Below, piece after piece: positions 16,638 to 25,400 of a DNA stretch of 35,750 nucleotides (within the stretch, counting starts at the first letter, position 1; every line of letters starts with the position of its first letter). Under the pieces are notes generated by a model. The model saw nothing but the letters and a program-made list of their open reading frames with translations, searched no databases and was not told the origin of the DNA. The position numbers and the translations under genes are program-made. The stretch comes from a virus. Lineage: Duplodnaviria; Heunggongvirae; Uroviricota; Caudoviricetes. The stretch is taken from the IMG/VR virus record IMGVR_UViG_3300044614_000224, positions 78,839 to 114,588 of that record; one strand, written 5' to 3'.

Positions 16638-16937
16638 TTACCACTTTGGAGCTTCTTCTTTAAACTCATCACCTTCTTTCTTCTTAGCTGGAGCTGGTTT
16701 AGCTGCTACTTCTTTTTCCTTGATAACAACTGTCTTACCGCCACCAGCTTGTTGAGCTTGTTGGTTAGAGTTGGTAATGTTAATCACTGGAGCTGGTGCA
16801 GCTGCTGGAGCTTCTTTCTCATCACCACCTGTTAACTTGGTTGTGAACCAACCACCTACACCTAATGTAACTGTGCTTACTAAGCCAATTAAAATGTTTT
16901 TTATAGAGGTGCCACCACCTGCTTGTTCTTCTGACAT
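16638..16937 (-). CDS. Single-TM protein with an Ala/Pro-rich linker
   Basis: ILIGLVSTVTLGVGGWF TM; APAAAPAP and AAKPAPAKK segments. Confidence 0.7.
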   Translation of the reverse strand: MSEEQAGGGTSIKNILIGLVSTVTLGVGGWFTTKLTGGDEKEAPAAAPAPVINITNSNQQAQQAGGGKTVVIKEKEVAAKPAPAKKKEGDEFKEEAPKW

Positions 16938-16941
16938 GTTA

Positions 16942-17319
16942 TTAGTGTTTAATAGTTATAGATCTTTTATATTCTTTCCCTTTGATGTCAATTAATTCAA
17001 GTGTGTAATCACCAGAATTAACATCTGAGTAGTCTAATGTTTTGATAACCAATGTATTATCAGCTGTGAAGCCTGTGCTCTTTTTAACATCTCCGTTCAA
17101 ATCAATTAACCTTATAGAGTATTTAGCTCCTGGTGTAAGGTTCATTGTTACATCCACCTTGCTGCTCACTAGAGCTGTAGATAGATTTGTAATAGCTGTA
17201 GCTGTAGACTCCTTACCTAGGTCAATAACTTGAGGCATTGGTACATCCACCTTTGTACAAGCAATCACTGTTACAATAATTAGTAAATAGATTCCTAGTA
17301 ATACTCTTAACTCTTTCAT
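16942..17319 (-). CDS. Lipoprotein consisting of a T9SS C-terminal-domain-like module
   Basis: Lipobox VIA|C; YSIRLIDLNGDVKK, LDYSDVNSGDYTLEL and C-terminal KRSITIKH resemble the type A CTD pattern (I.D..G..V / D.S....G.Y.L / K...K). Confidence 0.6.
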   Translation of the reverse strand: MKELRVLLGIYLLIIVTVIACTKVDVPMPQVIDLGKESTATAITNLSTALVSSKVDVTMNLTPGAKYSIRLIDLNGDVKKSTGFTADNTLVIKTLDYSDVNSGDYTLELIDIKGKEYKRSITIKH

Positions 17320-19016
17320 TAGAAATTATTATAGCCTGTTAATTTAATAGTTGTTGTGTTTAGTTTTACACCTAGCTGATTACCCTTGTTATCAGAAGCA
17401 TCTAAGTTAGATGTAATCTTGATAGCTGAGTTGATATCTAGTCCACTCTTAAGTGTAGAGAACACCAGCTTGAAAGGAGTGAGATCTTTTCCTGTATATG
17501 GAGTTTTTAATTCTCTATCTACAGCACCAAACTTAATACGTCCATCATGGTTGTTTACAAACACTATCCATGTAGGAACATCACATTTGATAGATTCAAA
17601 CTTCACCTTGGTTGGATCATATACAAACTCAAATTGTAAGCCTGATAGATTAGCTCCATTAGTATTTATATTCACTGGAATAGTAAACTCATCACTGGTA
17701 AGTGTTAGGTTGTTTAAGCTAACATCTACATCAGGTAGATTATCATTAGGTGTATTAACAAACGTAGAGAATGTAGTTACTGTCTGAGCTTGTGTTCTAA
17801 TTGAACTGTGTGATCTATTAATGTCTCCAGGGACTAAGTAACAGATGCTCAATGGTTTAGCTACATTACTTGTTCTGAAATTCACTGTATACTTATCTGT
17901 AACAGCTTTCCAAGATGTAGAAGATAAGCTATCATACGTAGCACTTAGAAATGCAGGAAGGTTTGTTAATGTCTGACCAGAAATAGGTCTAAAGATTGTA
18001 TCAGCTCCTACAGCCTGTGCAAATAATGCTGTTACATCTCCACCATCTAATGTTCTATTGTTGTTAACATCAGCTGCCATATACCCAATACCAGAAGCAA
18101 TATTGCTGTTGGTAAATGTACCATCCAAGTTTTGCTTCATGAATTCTGAAACAGCAGCTGTATAGTCACTTACAGTGATTGCTTTATTAAGCATTGCTGG
18201 AATACTATCTGAAACCACGTTTACATAAATCTTATAAGCTGTATTAGGAAGCAACTCACTACCAAGAGTGAATGAACCATTAGCAGCTGGTGTAACTGTA
18301 GCTCTTAATATGTTTGTAGCTGAGTCAACAAATACCAATCTAGGTTGCTGTCCTCCTGTTAGACCAGTGCTTAACTTTAGTTCCCCATTAACAAGAGCAT
18401 TAGCCACTGGTGTTAGCCCTACCCAAGCTGAGTTAGGTTTAGGCATTCTTGTTTCATAATATGTTCCTCCATAATTACCACTGAATGCTTGAGCAAAGTT
18501 GTAATAGATAGAGTCATATGCAAAACCTGCAGCCACTTGCTCCACTCTAAATCTAATGTTACAGAATGTACCATCTACTAAGTCTGCACTTGATACAGCC
18601 CATATACGATTGATAGCTTTACCACTAGTTGCACTATATCCATAGCTTAGATTGTTAGAGTTAGTTTGACTAGACTCTGTTGTATTCTGTGCAGTTCTGT
18701 TTAGGAAGTAGCCAGGGTAGTATTGATTCTGATAAGACGTCTGTGCTCCTTGAGGAACAGCATTACCAAATGTTAAGTCTATCATATTGATAGCTGACAT
18801 CTGGTGTTGGAAGTCTAGGTAGAAAGAGCGTACAGGTTTACCTGCAGCTGCTTTATATACTAACGACACTTGTACAGTGTCACCTTTCTTAATAGCTCCA
18901 CCATTGATGTTGGTACCAGCAACATTAGGAATTAGCTTTAATTCAGGATTTTGTCCATAAGATGATGTCACAAATATTGTAAAAAGTGTGACAAAAAATA
19001 ATAGTTTTTTTATCAT
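17319..19016 (-). CDS. Secreted cohesin-like / dockerin-like / cohesin protein
   Basis: Signal peptide (SSYG|QN); dockerin Ca-loop AADVNNNRTLDGGD and GDINRS; C-terminal cohesin pattern FTIPVNI...LSGLQFEFVYDPTKVKF; N-terminal GDTVQVSL...FYLDFQH cohesin-like domain. Confidence 0.7.
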   Translation of the reverse strand: MIKKLLFFVTLFTIFVTSSYGQNPELKLIPNVAGTNINGGAIKKGDTVQVSLVYKAAAGKPVRSFYLDFQHQMSAINMIDLTFGNAVPQGAQTSYQNQYYPGYFLNRTAQNTTESSQTNSNNLSYGYSATSGKAINRIWAVSSADLVDGTFCNIRFRVEQVAAGFAYDSIYYNFAQAFSGNYGGTYYETRMPKPNSAWVGLTPVANALVNGELKLSTGLTGGQQPRLVFVDSATNILRATVTPAANGSFTLGSELLPNTAYKIYVNVVSDSIPAMLNKAITVSDYTAAVSEFMKQNLDGTFTNSNIASGIGYMAADVNNNRTLDGGDVTALFAQAVGADTIFRPISGQTLTNLPAFLSATYDSLSSTSWKAVTDKYTVNFRTSNVAKPLSICYLVPGDINRSHSSIRTQAQTVTTFSTFVNTPNDNLPDVDVSLNNLTLTSDEFTIPVNINTNGANLSGLQFEFVYDPTKVKFESIKCDVPTWIVFVNNHDGRIKFGAVDRELKTPYTGKDLTPFKLVFSTLKSGLDINSAIKITSNLDASDNKGNQLGVKLNTTTIKLTGYNNF

Positions 19017-19657
19017 AACAGTTTGTTTACCAATGAGTTAGAAGCTTTCTTTAAAGCAGAACTTAAGTTTTGTTGGTTAAACTTACCGCCTTCATCTATC
19101 AATAAAGTGGACATACTTGTTTCATCCGCAGACTCCTCAACAGTAGCTTTTTTAATAACTTTACCATCTCTAATAATTGATCCAGATAATCTAATAACTA
19201 CTGATTCCTTTTCTTTGTGGAATACAGATAGTTGTGAACTGTTCTTTAACACATCCAGATACACAATGTCTGCTGTAATTTGTAAACTAGCAGAAGGGTC
19301 AATAGAATAATCCTTATCCTGTAACACTTCTTCTATCACATTCTTTACACCAAACTCTAGGTTTCTGTTACCAGCTAACACCCCTACCTTCACTTTATTA
19401 GTGATAGCACCAATGCTTATTTTGTTAGACTGTTCGTAGTAGATGTTACCTGGACTGTTCTTAAACCTACCATCAAATTTCCATGTAAGTTGATTGACTA
19501 TGTTTGTAATCTTCTCATGCTGGTTTGTAAACTCCAGATATAAGAAGAATAACTGTGTGCCTAAAGCACAGAAAATAAAAATCATCACACCATAGAGAAA
19601 AACTAAGAATAGTTTTTGCCCTATGTATGTGCCAATGCTTGCTAATTTTGTCCCCAT
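19013..19657 (-). CDS. Membrane-anchored CsgG-like paralogue
   Basis: N-terminal TM; FGVKNVIEEVL and KFNQQNLSSALKKA align with LGVANISMEYL and KFNQSTISIATKKA of 14989..15705. Confidence 0.55.
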   Translation of the reverse strand: MGTKLASIGTYIGQKLFLVFLYGVMIFIFCALGTQLFFLYLEFTNQHEKITNIVNQLTWKFDGRFKNSPGNIYYEQSNKISIGAITNKVKVGVLAGNRNLEFGVKNVIEEVLQDKDYSIDPSASLQITADIVYLDVLKNSSQLSVFHKEKESVVIRLSGSIIRDGKVIKKATVEESADETSMSTLLIDEGGKFNQQNLSSALKKASNSLVNKLL

Positions 19658-19687
19658 TTATGTTTTGTTTATGAGGACTCAGAAATT

Positions 19688-19813
19688 CTACTTCCCTTGT
19701 CCTCTGTATTTACTTACAGCTTTGTCTTTGGGTCCACTAGTCTTTTTAGCTTTTCCTCCCTTGCGTTTACCAAAGCTAATTTTTCTAACTTCACCACCTT
19801 TTGCTTTTGCCAT
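19688..19813 (-). CDS. 41-aa basic protein ending YRGQGK, not in the ORF track
   Basis: MAKAKGGEVRKISFGKRKGGKAKKTSGPKDKAVSKYRGQGK; A-rich start context. Confidence 0.72.
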   Translation of the reverse strand: MAKAKGGEVRKISFGKRKGGKAKKTSGPKDKAVSKYRGQGK

Positions 19814-19831
19814 GTTGGTTGTTTTTAAATG

Positions 19832-20449
19832 TTAAACTAATAATCCGTGATATTCTTTGAAATGTTTGATACGATCAGCTAAGCCAATTGTACCACCATT
19901 AACACGTTTAGTAATCTTAGTAACTACAGCATCAGAAGTACCTTCGTCTGCTATTTTATTCAATCCATTCTTGCTCCAGAACCAAGCTGCAGACAGTAAT
20001 GCATACTGTGTACCAACTAGATTAGGATCTGCATCAGGGCCTAGGCCTATTGATTTGAAGAATGCTGTGTAGTTATCTTTACCAGTTAACTGGATTGCTC
20101 CTCTTCCACGAAACTTATAACCATCTCCTGATGCTTCAGGACCATTACCCATACGTCCACCATATACAAGATTGGCAATCTTTTCAGGCTTCTTAGCATA
20201 GGCTAAAGCTTTAGGTTCATCAACTGTACCATCAGCTCTTTTAAAATACTTTTTAAATATACCTGTCAATCCTTTAGCAGAGTAGTTGAGGTTCTCTTGG
20301 AACACCTTGAATCCACCACTCTCATGTCCTGTTTGAGCTAGGAAATGAGCAAGACGTGCTGGAGTGTTTATTTGGAATTTCTCCATCACCTCAGGTATCT
20401 TGTCTAATATGCTGTCAGGAATATGTCCTTTCAAATTATTTAACGTCAT
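19832..20449 (-). CDS. GH19-family endolysin
   Basis: RLAHFLAQTGHESGGF, ENLNYS, YKFRGRGAIQLTGKDNY, SAAWFW, TKRVNGGTIGLADR. Confidence 0.92.
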   Translation of the reverse strand: MTLNNLKGHIPDSILDKIPEVMEKFQINTPARLAHFLAQTGHESGGFKVFQENLNYSAKGLTGIFKKYFKRADGTVDEPKALAYAKKPEKIANLVYGGRMGNGPEASGDGYKFRGRGAIQLTGKDNYTAFFKSIGLGPDADPNLVGTQYALLSAAWFWSKNGLNKIADEGTSDAVVTKITKRVNGGTIGLADRIKHFKEYHGLLV

Positions 20450-20594
20450 TCTTCTTCTTCTTTTTATTAGGTTTTTTCTTAGGAGCTACAGGCTTAGGTT
20501 CAACAACTGGTTCTTCTTGCTTAACCTCTACAGCTGTACCAGCTAGTTCTTTCTTACCAAATAACTTTTTAATTAATTCTAAGATCTTCTTCAT
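20436..20594 (-). CDS. 52-aa protein with an amphipathic N-terminus and Lys-rich tail, not in the ORF track
   Basis: MKKILELIKKLFGKKELAGTAVEVKQEEPVVEPKPVAPKKKPNKKKKKNDVK; lies between the spanin-like and endolysin genes. Confidence 0.6.
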   Translation of the reverse strand: MKKILELIKKLFGKKELAGTAVEVKQEEPVVEPKPVAPKKKPNKKKKKNDVK

Positions 20595-20597
20595 GTT

Positions 20598-21215
20598 TTA
20601 TTTTTTGAGTTTCCAAAATGTTTGAAAGCCATAACTTATTTGACCTTCAACGCTTGTACCAAGTGTTACATTATATATCTGATCACTCTTAGTTTTAAGA
20701 AGCAAACCAGCATTTAAGCTTGTAACACCTAATGTTTTATTACCACCTATACCACCACCTACATATAATTGATTCTTAGGAGGGGCATACTTGGTGATAG
20801 TTGTAGTTGTATGTATAGTAGGTATCTTATAATGATATTGATACCCACGATTATCTAGTTTGTTAGAATGCACTGTATCACTTACAACAATGTATCCTAC
20901 AGAATCAAGCTTGAGACTATCTCTGTAAACGTTCTTAGCTAAGAACAGACTCAATAGATTTTCATATTGAACCTTCAAAGCAGCGTAGTTTGTATCAGCT
21001 ATATACTGAGGAGGAAGTGTATCATGTACTACAGGAAGTGTTTTGTAAACAGTCATTCTCTTTACGATGAGACTATCACGCACCTCATATGTAGTGTCAT
21101 GTACAGTTACTGTGTCAGGTCCCTTGACAGCTTTATCAGGTCCACAACCAGTTCTTTGTAAGACTATAATTGCTATGAGCACAAGTATAGCCAGAGTTAG
21201 TATGTTTTTATTCAT
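20598..21215 (-). CDS. Putative spanin-like envelope protein of the lysis module
   Basis: N-terminal TM/lipid anchor (ILVLIAIIVLQRTGC), D-S/T-rich periplasmic stretch, short coiled coil, C-terminal beta strands; adjacent to the holin-like and endolysin genes. Confidence 0.5.
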   Translation of the reverse strand: MNKNILTLAILVLIAIIVLQRTGCGPDKAVKGPDTVTVHDTTYEVRDSLIVKRMTVYKTLPVVHDTLPPQYIADTNYAALKVQYENLLSLFLAKNVYRDSLKLDSVGYIVVSDTVHSNKLDNRGYQYHYKIPTIHTTTTITKYAPPKNQLYVGGGIGGNKTLGVTSLNAGLLLKTKSDQIYNVTLGTSVEGQISYGFQTFWKLKK

Positions 21216-21432
21216 TGTCTTTCTTTTTAGTTGAAAATTTATCCCATGTAGTGAATCCCATCCCTACAAAGATTATCCCAGCCACCAGGTCTGCCATGTG
21301 TGTATTAACATTGAAGTTGAATATAAAAGCACTTAGTAAACATATTGCACTAAGTGTAACAATAGTTCTCTTGTGACTGGTAGATCCACGCTCATCTGTG
21401 AGCATGTCTTTTAGAATTTGTTTAAAGCTCAT
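21208..21432 (-). CDS. Putative holin (two TMs)
   Basis: 74 aa, two hydrophobic helices, charged C-terminus KFSTKKKDNE, lysis context. Confidence 0.55.
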   Translation of the reverse strand: MSFKQILKDMLTDERGSTSHKRTIVTLSAICLLSAFIFNFNVNTHMADLVAGIIFVGMGFTTWDKFSTKKKDNE

Positions 21433-21764
21433 CTTTGTTTGCTTTTTGATTTAACATAAGAGAACTCTCTGTTGGCAGCAACCCTGATTATAACAGGAGG
21501 TTCTTCTACAGGTCTGAGAGGAGCACTTGTGTTTGCTTTAAAGACACTCCTTTCTAGGTTGTCTATACGTGTCTTGTCTATATTAGACTGGGCCATGAGA
21601 GCCTTGACATCAGCTTTCACCTCATTGACATCATGCAAAATCATTAGGCCTAATATAGAAACCAGGCTTGGGAATACCCATACCTTGAACGCTACGATTG
21701 CAGAGTTTTCTTGATTCATTTCAGTAAATAAAATAACATGCCTGTCCCATTTAAGAGAAGGCAT
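21429..21764 (-). CDS. Single-TM coiled-coil protein (lysis-associated); the start may be the second Met
   Basis: VWVFPSLVSILGLMIL TM followed by DVNEVKADVKALM...TRIDNLERSV heptads. Confidence 0.6.
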   Translation of the reverse strand: MPSLKWDRHVILFTEMNQENSAIVAFKVWVFPSLVSILGLMILHDVNEVKADVKALMAQSNIDKTRIDNLERSVFKANTSAPLRPVEEPPVIIRVAANREFSYVKSKSKQR

Positions 21765-21787
21765 GTTATGTAGTTATAAATAAATTG

Positions 21788-21994
21788 TTATTTCTTCAGA
21801 CCATACTTAATCCACTTGTACCAGATACGTTCATGGATAAAGTATTGTATAGGTTTGTATATAAGTTCAGCCACCCCAAAGGTAGCCCCTATCTTAATGG
21901 ATCCGCTAATCCCCCACATAAGCAAGAAGCCTATCAAGGTGCTGACAATCCTGTAACTTATAGTTTTTGCAACATGTCGTTTGACTAATGGCAT
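21788..21994 (-). CDS. DUF2061-like small membrane protein
   Basis: RHVAKTISYRIVST...YFIHERIW pattern. Start moved to ATG 21994 because the track's TTG (22006) lies inside a promoter -7 box. Confidence 0.7.
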   Translation of the reverse strand: MPLVKRHVAKTISYRIVSTLIGFLLMWGISGSIKIGATFGVAELIYKPIQYFIHERIWYKWIKYGLKK

Positions 21995-22003
21995 AATATT
22001 GGG

Positions 22004-22035
22004 CAAAGGTATGTAAAAAGATTGATATAACCAAA
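22004..22035 (-). promoter_or_regulatory. Bacteroidota sigma-A-type promoter heading the lysis/envelope operon
   Basis: TTTG-N20-TACCTTTG. Confidence 0.8.
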
Positions 22036-22044
22036 TCTTTTTTT

Positions 22045-22413
22045 CTAGTAGGGTTGGTAGGACTTTTCCTCTATAAACTCAGAACCATACTTCATATTAA
22101 TTTCTTTCTTAATACGTGCTCGCTTGTCATTCAATAAGTAAACACTCCTAGCTAGCTGAACAAAGTAGTCATCAAAAACCTTGTTTCTCTCACAATCTCT
22201 GAGTCTATCCTCTACATCCCAGAGCTTTTTATTCACCCAGAGTAGCTCATCTGTCAAAGAATCATGTACTATCTCTGGAGGAATCACTCCAGTGAGGTAG
22301 GTTCTCTCCTTAAACACGTTGGTAAGCTTATCTTTATCTTGTATATTCAAAGCTTTGATAGATAGGATGGTCCATTTGTCTACCACTTCTCCTATAGAAA
22401 CTTCTATTTGCAT
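22045..22413 (-). CDS. DUF6165-like protein
   Basis: MQIEVSIGEVVDKWTILSIK...LWDVEDRLR...F...ARSVY..ND.RA..K..IN...GS...EEKSY. Start moved to ATG 22413. Confidence 0.72.
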   Translation of the reverse strand: MQIEVSIGEVVDKWTILSIKALNIQDKDKLTNVFKERTYLTGVIPPEIVHDSLTDELLWVNKKLWDVEDRLRDCERNKVFDDYFVQLARSVYLLNDKRARIKKEINMKYGSEFIEEKSYQPY

Positions 22414-22423
22414 ATTAAAAGTG

Positions 22424-22454
22424 TTTGATATTCCACACAAATATAGTAATTTTG
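22424..22454 (+). promoter_or_regulatory. Bacteroidota sigma-A-type promoter for the 1128-aa fusion gene
   Basis: TTTG-N19-TAATTTTG, 18 nt before the ATG at 22473. Confidence 0.7.
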
Positions 22455-22468
22455 TTGTAAATAATCAA
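22438..22468 (-). promoter_or_regulatory. Bacteroidota sigma-A-type promoter for the DUF6165-like gene, overlapping the divergent promoter
   Basis: Minus strand reads TTG-N20-TATATTTG. Confidence 0.62.
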
Positions 22469-22472
22469 TGCT

Positions 22473-25400
22473 ATGCCCAACAGTTATACATATTTTAAGC
22501 AAGAGGTAAAGGAGTGGTTCAGGGATAATGTTCCTGCTAACACAAAGGTGTTAGACGTAGGTCCTGGACAGGGTACATATGGTAAGCTTTTATTTGAACT
22601 TGGGTATGCCATAGATGCTGTTGAGGTGTGGGACCCTTACATTAGTGAGTATAAACTGTGGGAGTATTATGGTAATGTACATATTGCTGATATACGTGAG
22701 TTTGATTGGTCTGAGTATGAGTTCATCATCCTAGGAGATGTGTTAGAACATTTGACAGCTGAAGAAGGACAGAAGCTCATCACTGATATTGCCATGGCTA
22801 GGAAGCAATATTTGGTTGCTATTCCCTATATGATGGAGCAAGATGGTGAGGAGTATGGTAATACATATGAGACCCACCTGCAAGCAGACCTTACAAAGGA
22901 TGTGATGGCAGAACGCTATCCTACACTAGACCTACTCTATGCAAATGATTACTATGGGTATTATGTAAGTAAGAAGATAGCAGACAAAGCATTTGTACTA
23001 TATGCCACAGAAGCCTATTATGATATTGTGACAGCCTGTGTTAAGTCACTCACTACATTCAGTCAGTATCCAGTGTTTGTATACATGCTTAACTCTGACA
23101 AGAAGGTACCTAGAGCTACAACTATCAGGTGGAACTGTGATATAGATCCAATAGAATACAATACCAAAGAACAGTTTTATATCAATAGAACAGATGATAG
23201 GGTATATAATATTCTTATACAGCGTCCACTGATTGTTATAGACTGTCTGAAGTATGCTGACACTGTAATGTATGTAGACAGTGACAGTATTGCTACACCT
23301 TTTGTAGACAGAGTATTTAACTATCCTGTCTCTGAGTATCCCTTGTTTACATCTAGCATCTATGACCAGATGTTTCTGAATGGAAAAGGAGACCTTGAGA
23401 AACCTATTTGTGATCTATTAGATATACAGAGAGGCAGATATATACAAACAGGATACTTCCTAGCCAATAGAGATTGTCTACCATTCTTACAAGAGTGGGC
23501 TAGCTTATGCACTGACTCAAGAGTGATGAGTGATTTCAAACTGTATGCTCCCTTCCACGAAGAGACATTAGCTAACGCAACACTTTGGAAGAATGATTAT
23601 AACAAATCTCTACCACTCATCTATACTAATGCTAGCTTGGATGTACTAGAGAACATAGATAAATATGAGTTTGGTAAAGAGCATTGGGAATGGTTTAAAC
23701 TACCTGATAGTAAGCATGAGTTATTCTTCTACCATGGAGAGAAGAGACCAGATGTAATGTACAAGATGATTAGCAGATTGAAAGGTAATAAGAGAGTGTT
23801 GTTCCTAGCTCCTCATCTATCAACAGGTGGTATGCCTGCGTTCCTATTAAAGAGAATACAGGAGATAAAAGATCATGTAGAGATATATGTAGTCGAGTAT
23901 CAATGCCACAGCTTAGACTTTGTTGTACAGCGTAATGCAATCAAAGAGATTGTAGGATCTAACTTCACTACACTGTATGAGAACAAGATGGAACTGTTTG
24001 ATATTATTGATAGCTGGAAGCCAGACATCATTCATCTAGATGAACCTGCTGAAAGATATAACAGAGAGATGATTACTAAGTTGTATGATACAAACAGATC
24101 ATACAAGATTGTAGAGACATTCCATGATGTAGCATTCAAGCCTGAAGAAAAGATATTCCAATCAGAAGCATACGCATTCTGTACACCATACCACCTCAAC
24201 AAGTTTACAAACTTACAGGGATATAGAAAGGTGATTGAGTTTCCTTTAGAGGATAAAAGACCAAGTATTTTAGGTAAGATAGAAGCTAAGAACAAGTTGG
24301 GATTTGCACCATTTAAGACTAGTGTTGTAAATGTAGGACTGTGGACTCCAGGTAAGAACCAAGCAGAGGGAATTGAAATAGCTAAGAAGTATCCTCACAT
24401 GGATTTCTATTTTGTAGGTAACCAAGCAGGCAACTTCAAAGATTACTGGGAACCATTAATGGAATTCCTACCAAAGAATGTATATGTTCTAGGAGAGAAG
24501 AGTAATGTAGAAGACTACTTAACAGCTGCAGATATATTCATGTTCAACAGCACATGGGAATGCAATCCTCTTGTACTTAGAGAAGCCATCAGCTATGCAC
24601 TACCTGTTGTAGCTAGAAACCTACCACAGTATGAAGATATGTTTACTAAGTATCTCCTACCTATAGATAGTAATCTGGATGAAGTGTGTGATGAATACAG
24701 AAATGGAATTGTTCATTACCGTATACCAGATGTAACATTTAAACAAGACTACATAGACTTCTACAATCATGTAGACCCTATTTCTCTACAGTCACAAGAT
24801 GTAACCATCACACAGCATTACATAGTTAATCCATTCCTTGAGATAACAGGTGTGAGTGATAGTGATTTCAAGATAGAATTCTACGATGAGCAGGATGTAT
24901 GTCACTACAGTAGTGTGATCAAAACCAACCAGTGGGTAAAGCTAAACAGAAGCTATTACACTAAATGGAGAAACAAGATATGGCAAGATGGCAATCTCAT
25001 ACACGACTACACACTAGACTATACAGACAAGACTGTCTTCATCTACTTTGATAGTGAGAGTCTTGGAGATACAATTGCATGGATGCCATACTGTTTAGAG
25101 TTTAAGAAGAAGCACAACTGTCATGTTGTTGTAAGCACATATAAAAACTTCTTGTTTGAGAAGGCCTATCCAGAGCTTGAGTTTGTTGCACCTGGAACAC
25201 CTGTGAATGCTTATGGAGAATACATAATAGGTTGGAGATATAACACAGACCAAGAGCCTGAGTTGTGTAACACCATCCCTCTACAGAAAGCAGCTACTAA
25301 TATACTTGGACTAGAATACAAAGAAATAAGACCTAGGTTTGCTTTTACACCTACAACAATTGAGGATAGGTATGTAACTATTGCTACGAATAGTACAACA

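Noticed and set aside
19771-19778. TAGCTTTG -7-like box on the minus strand upstream of the envelope cassette
   Set aside because: It lies inside a coding region and has no TTG at the -33 spacing; such an octamer is expected by chance in AT-rich DNA.
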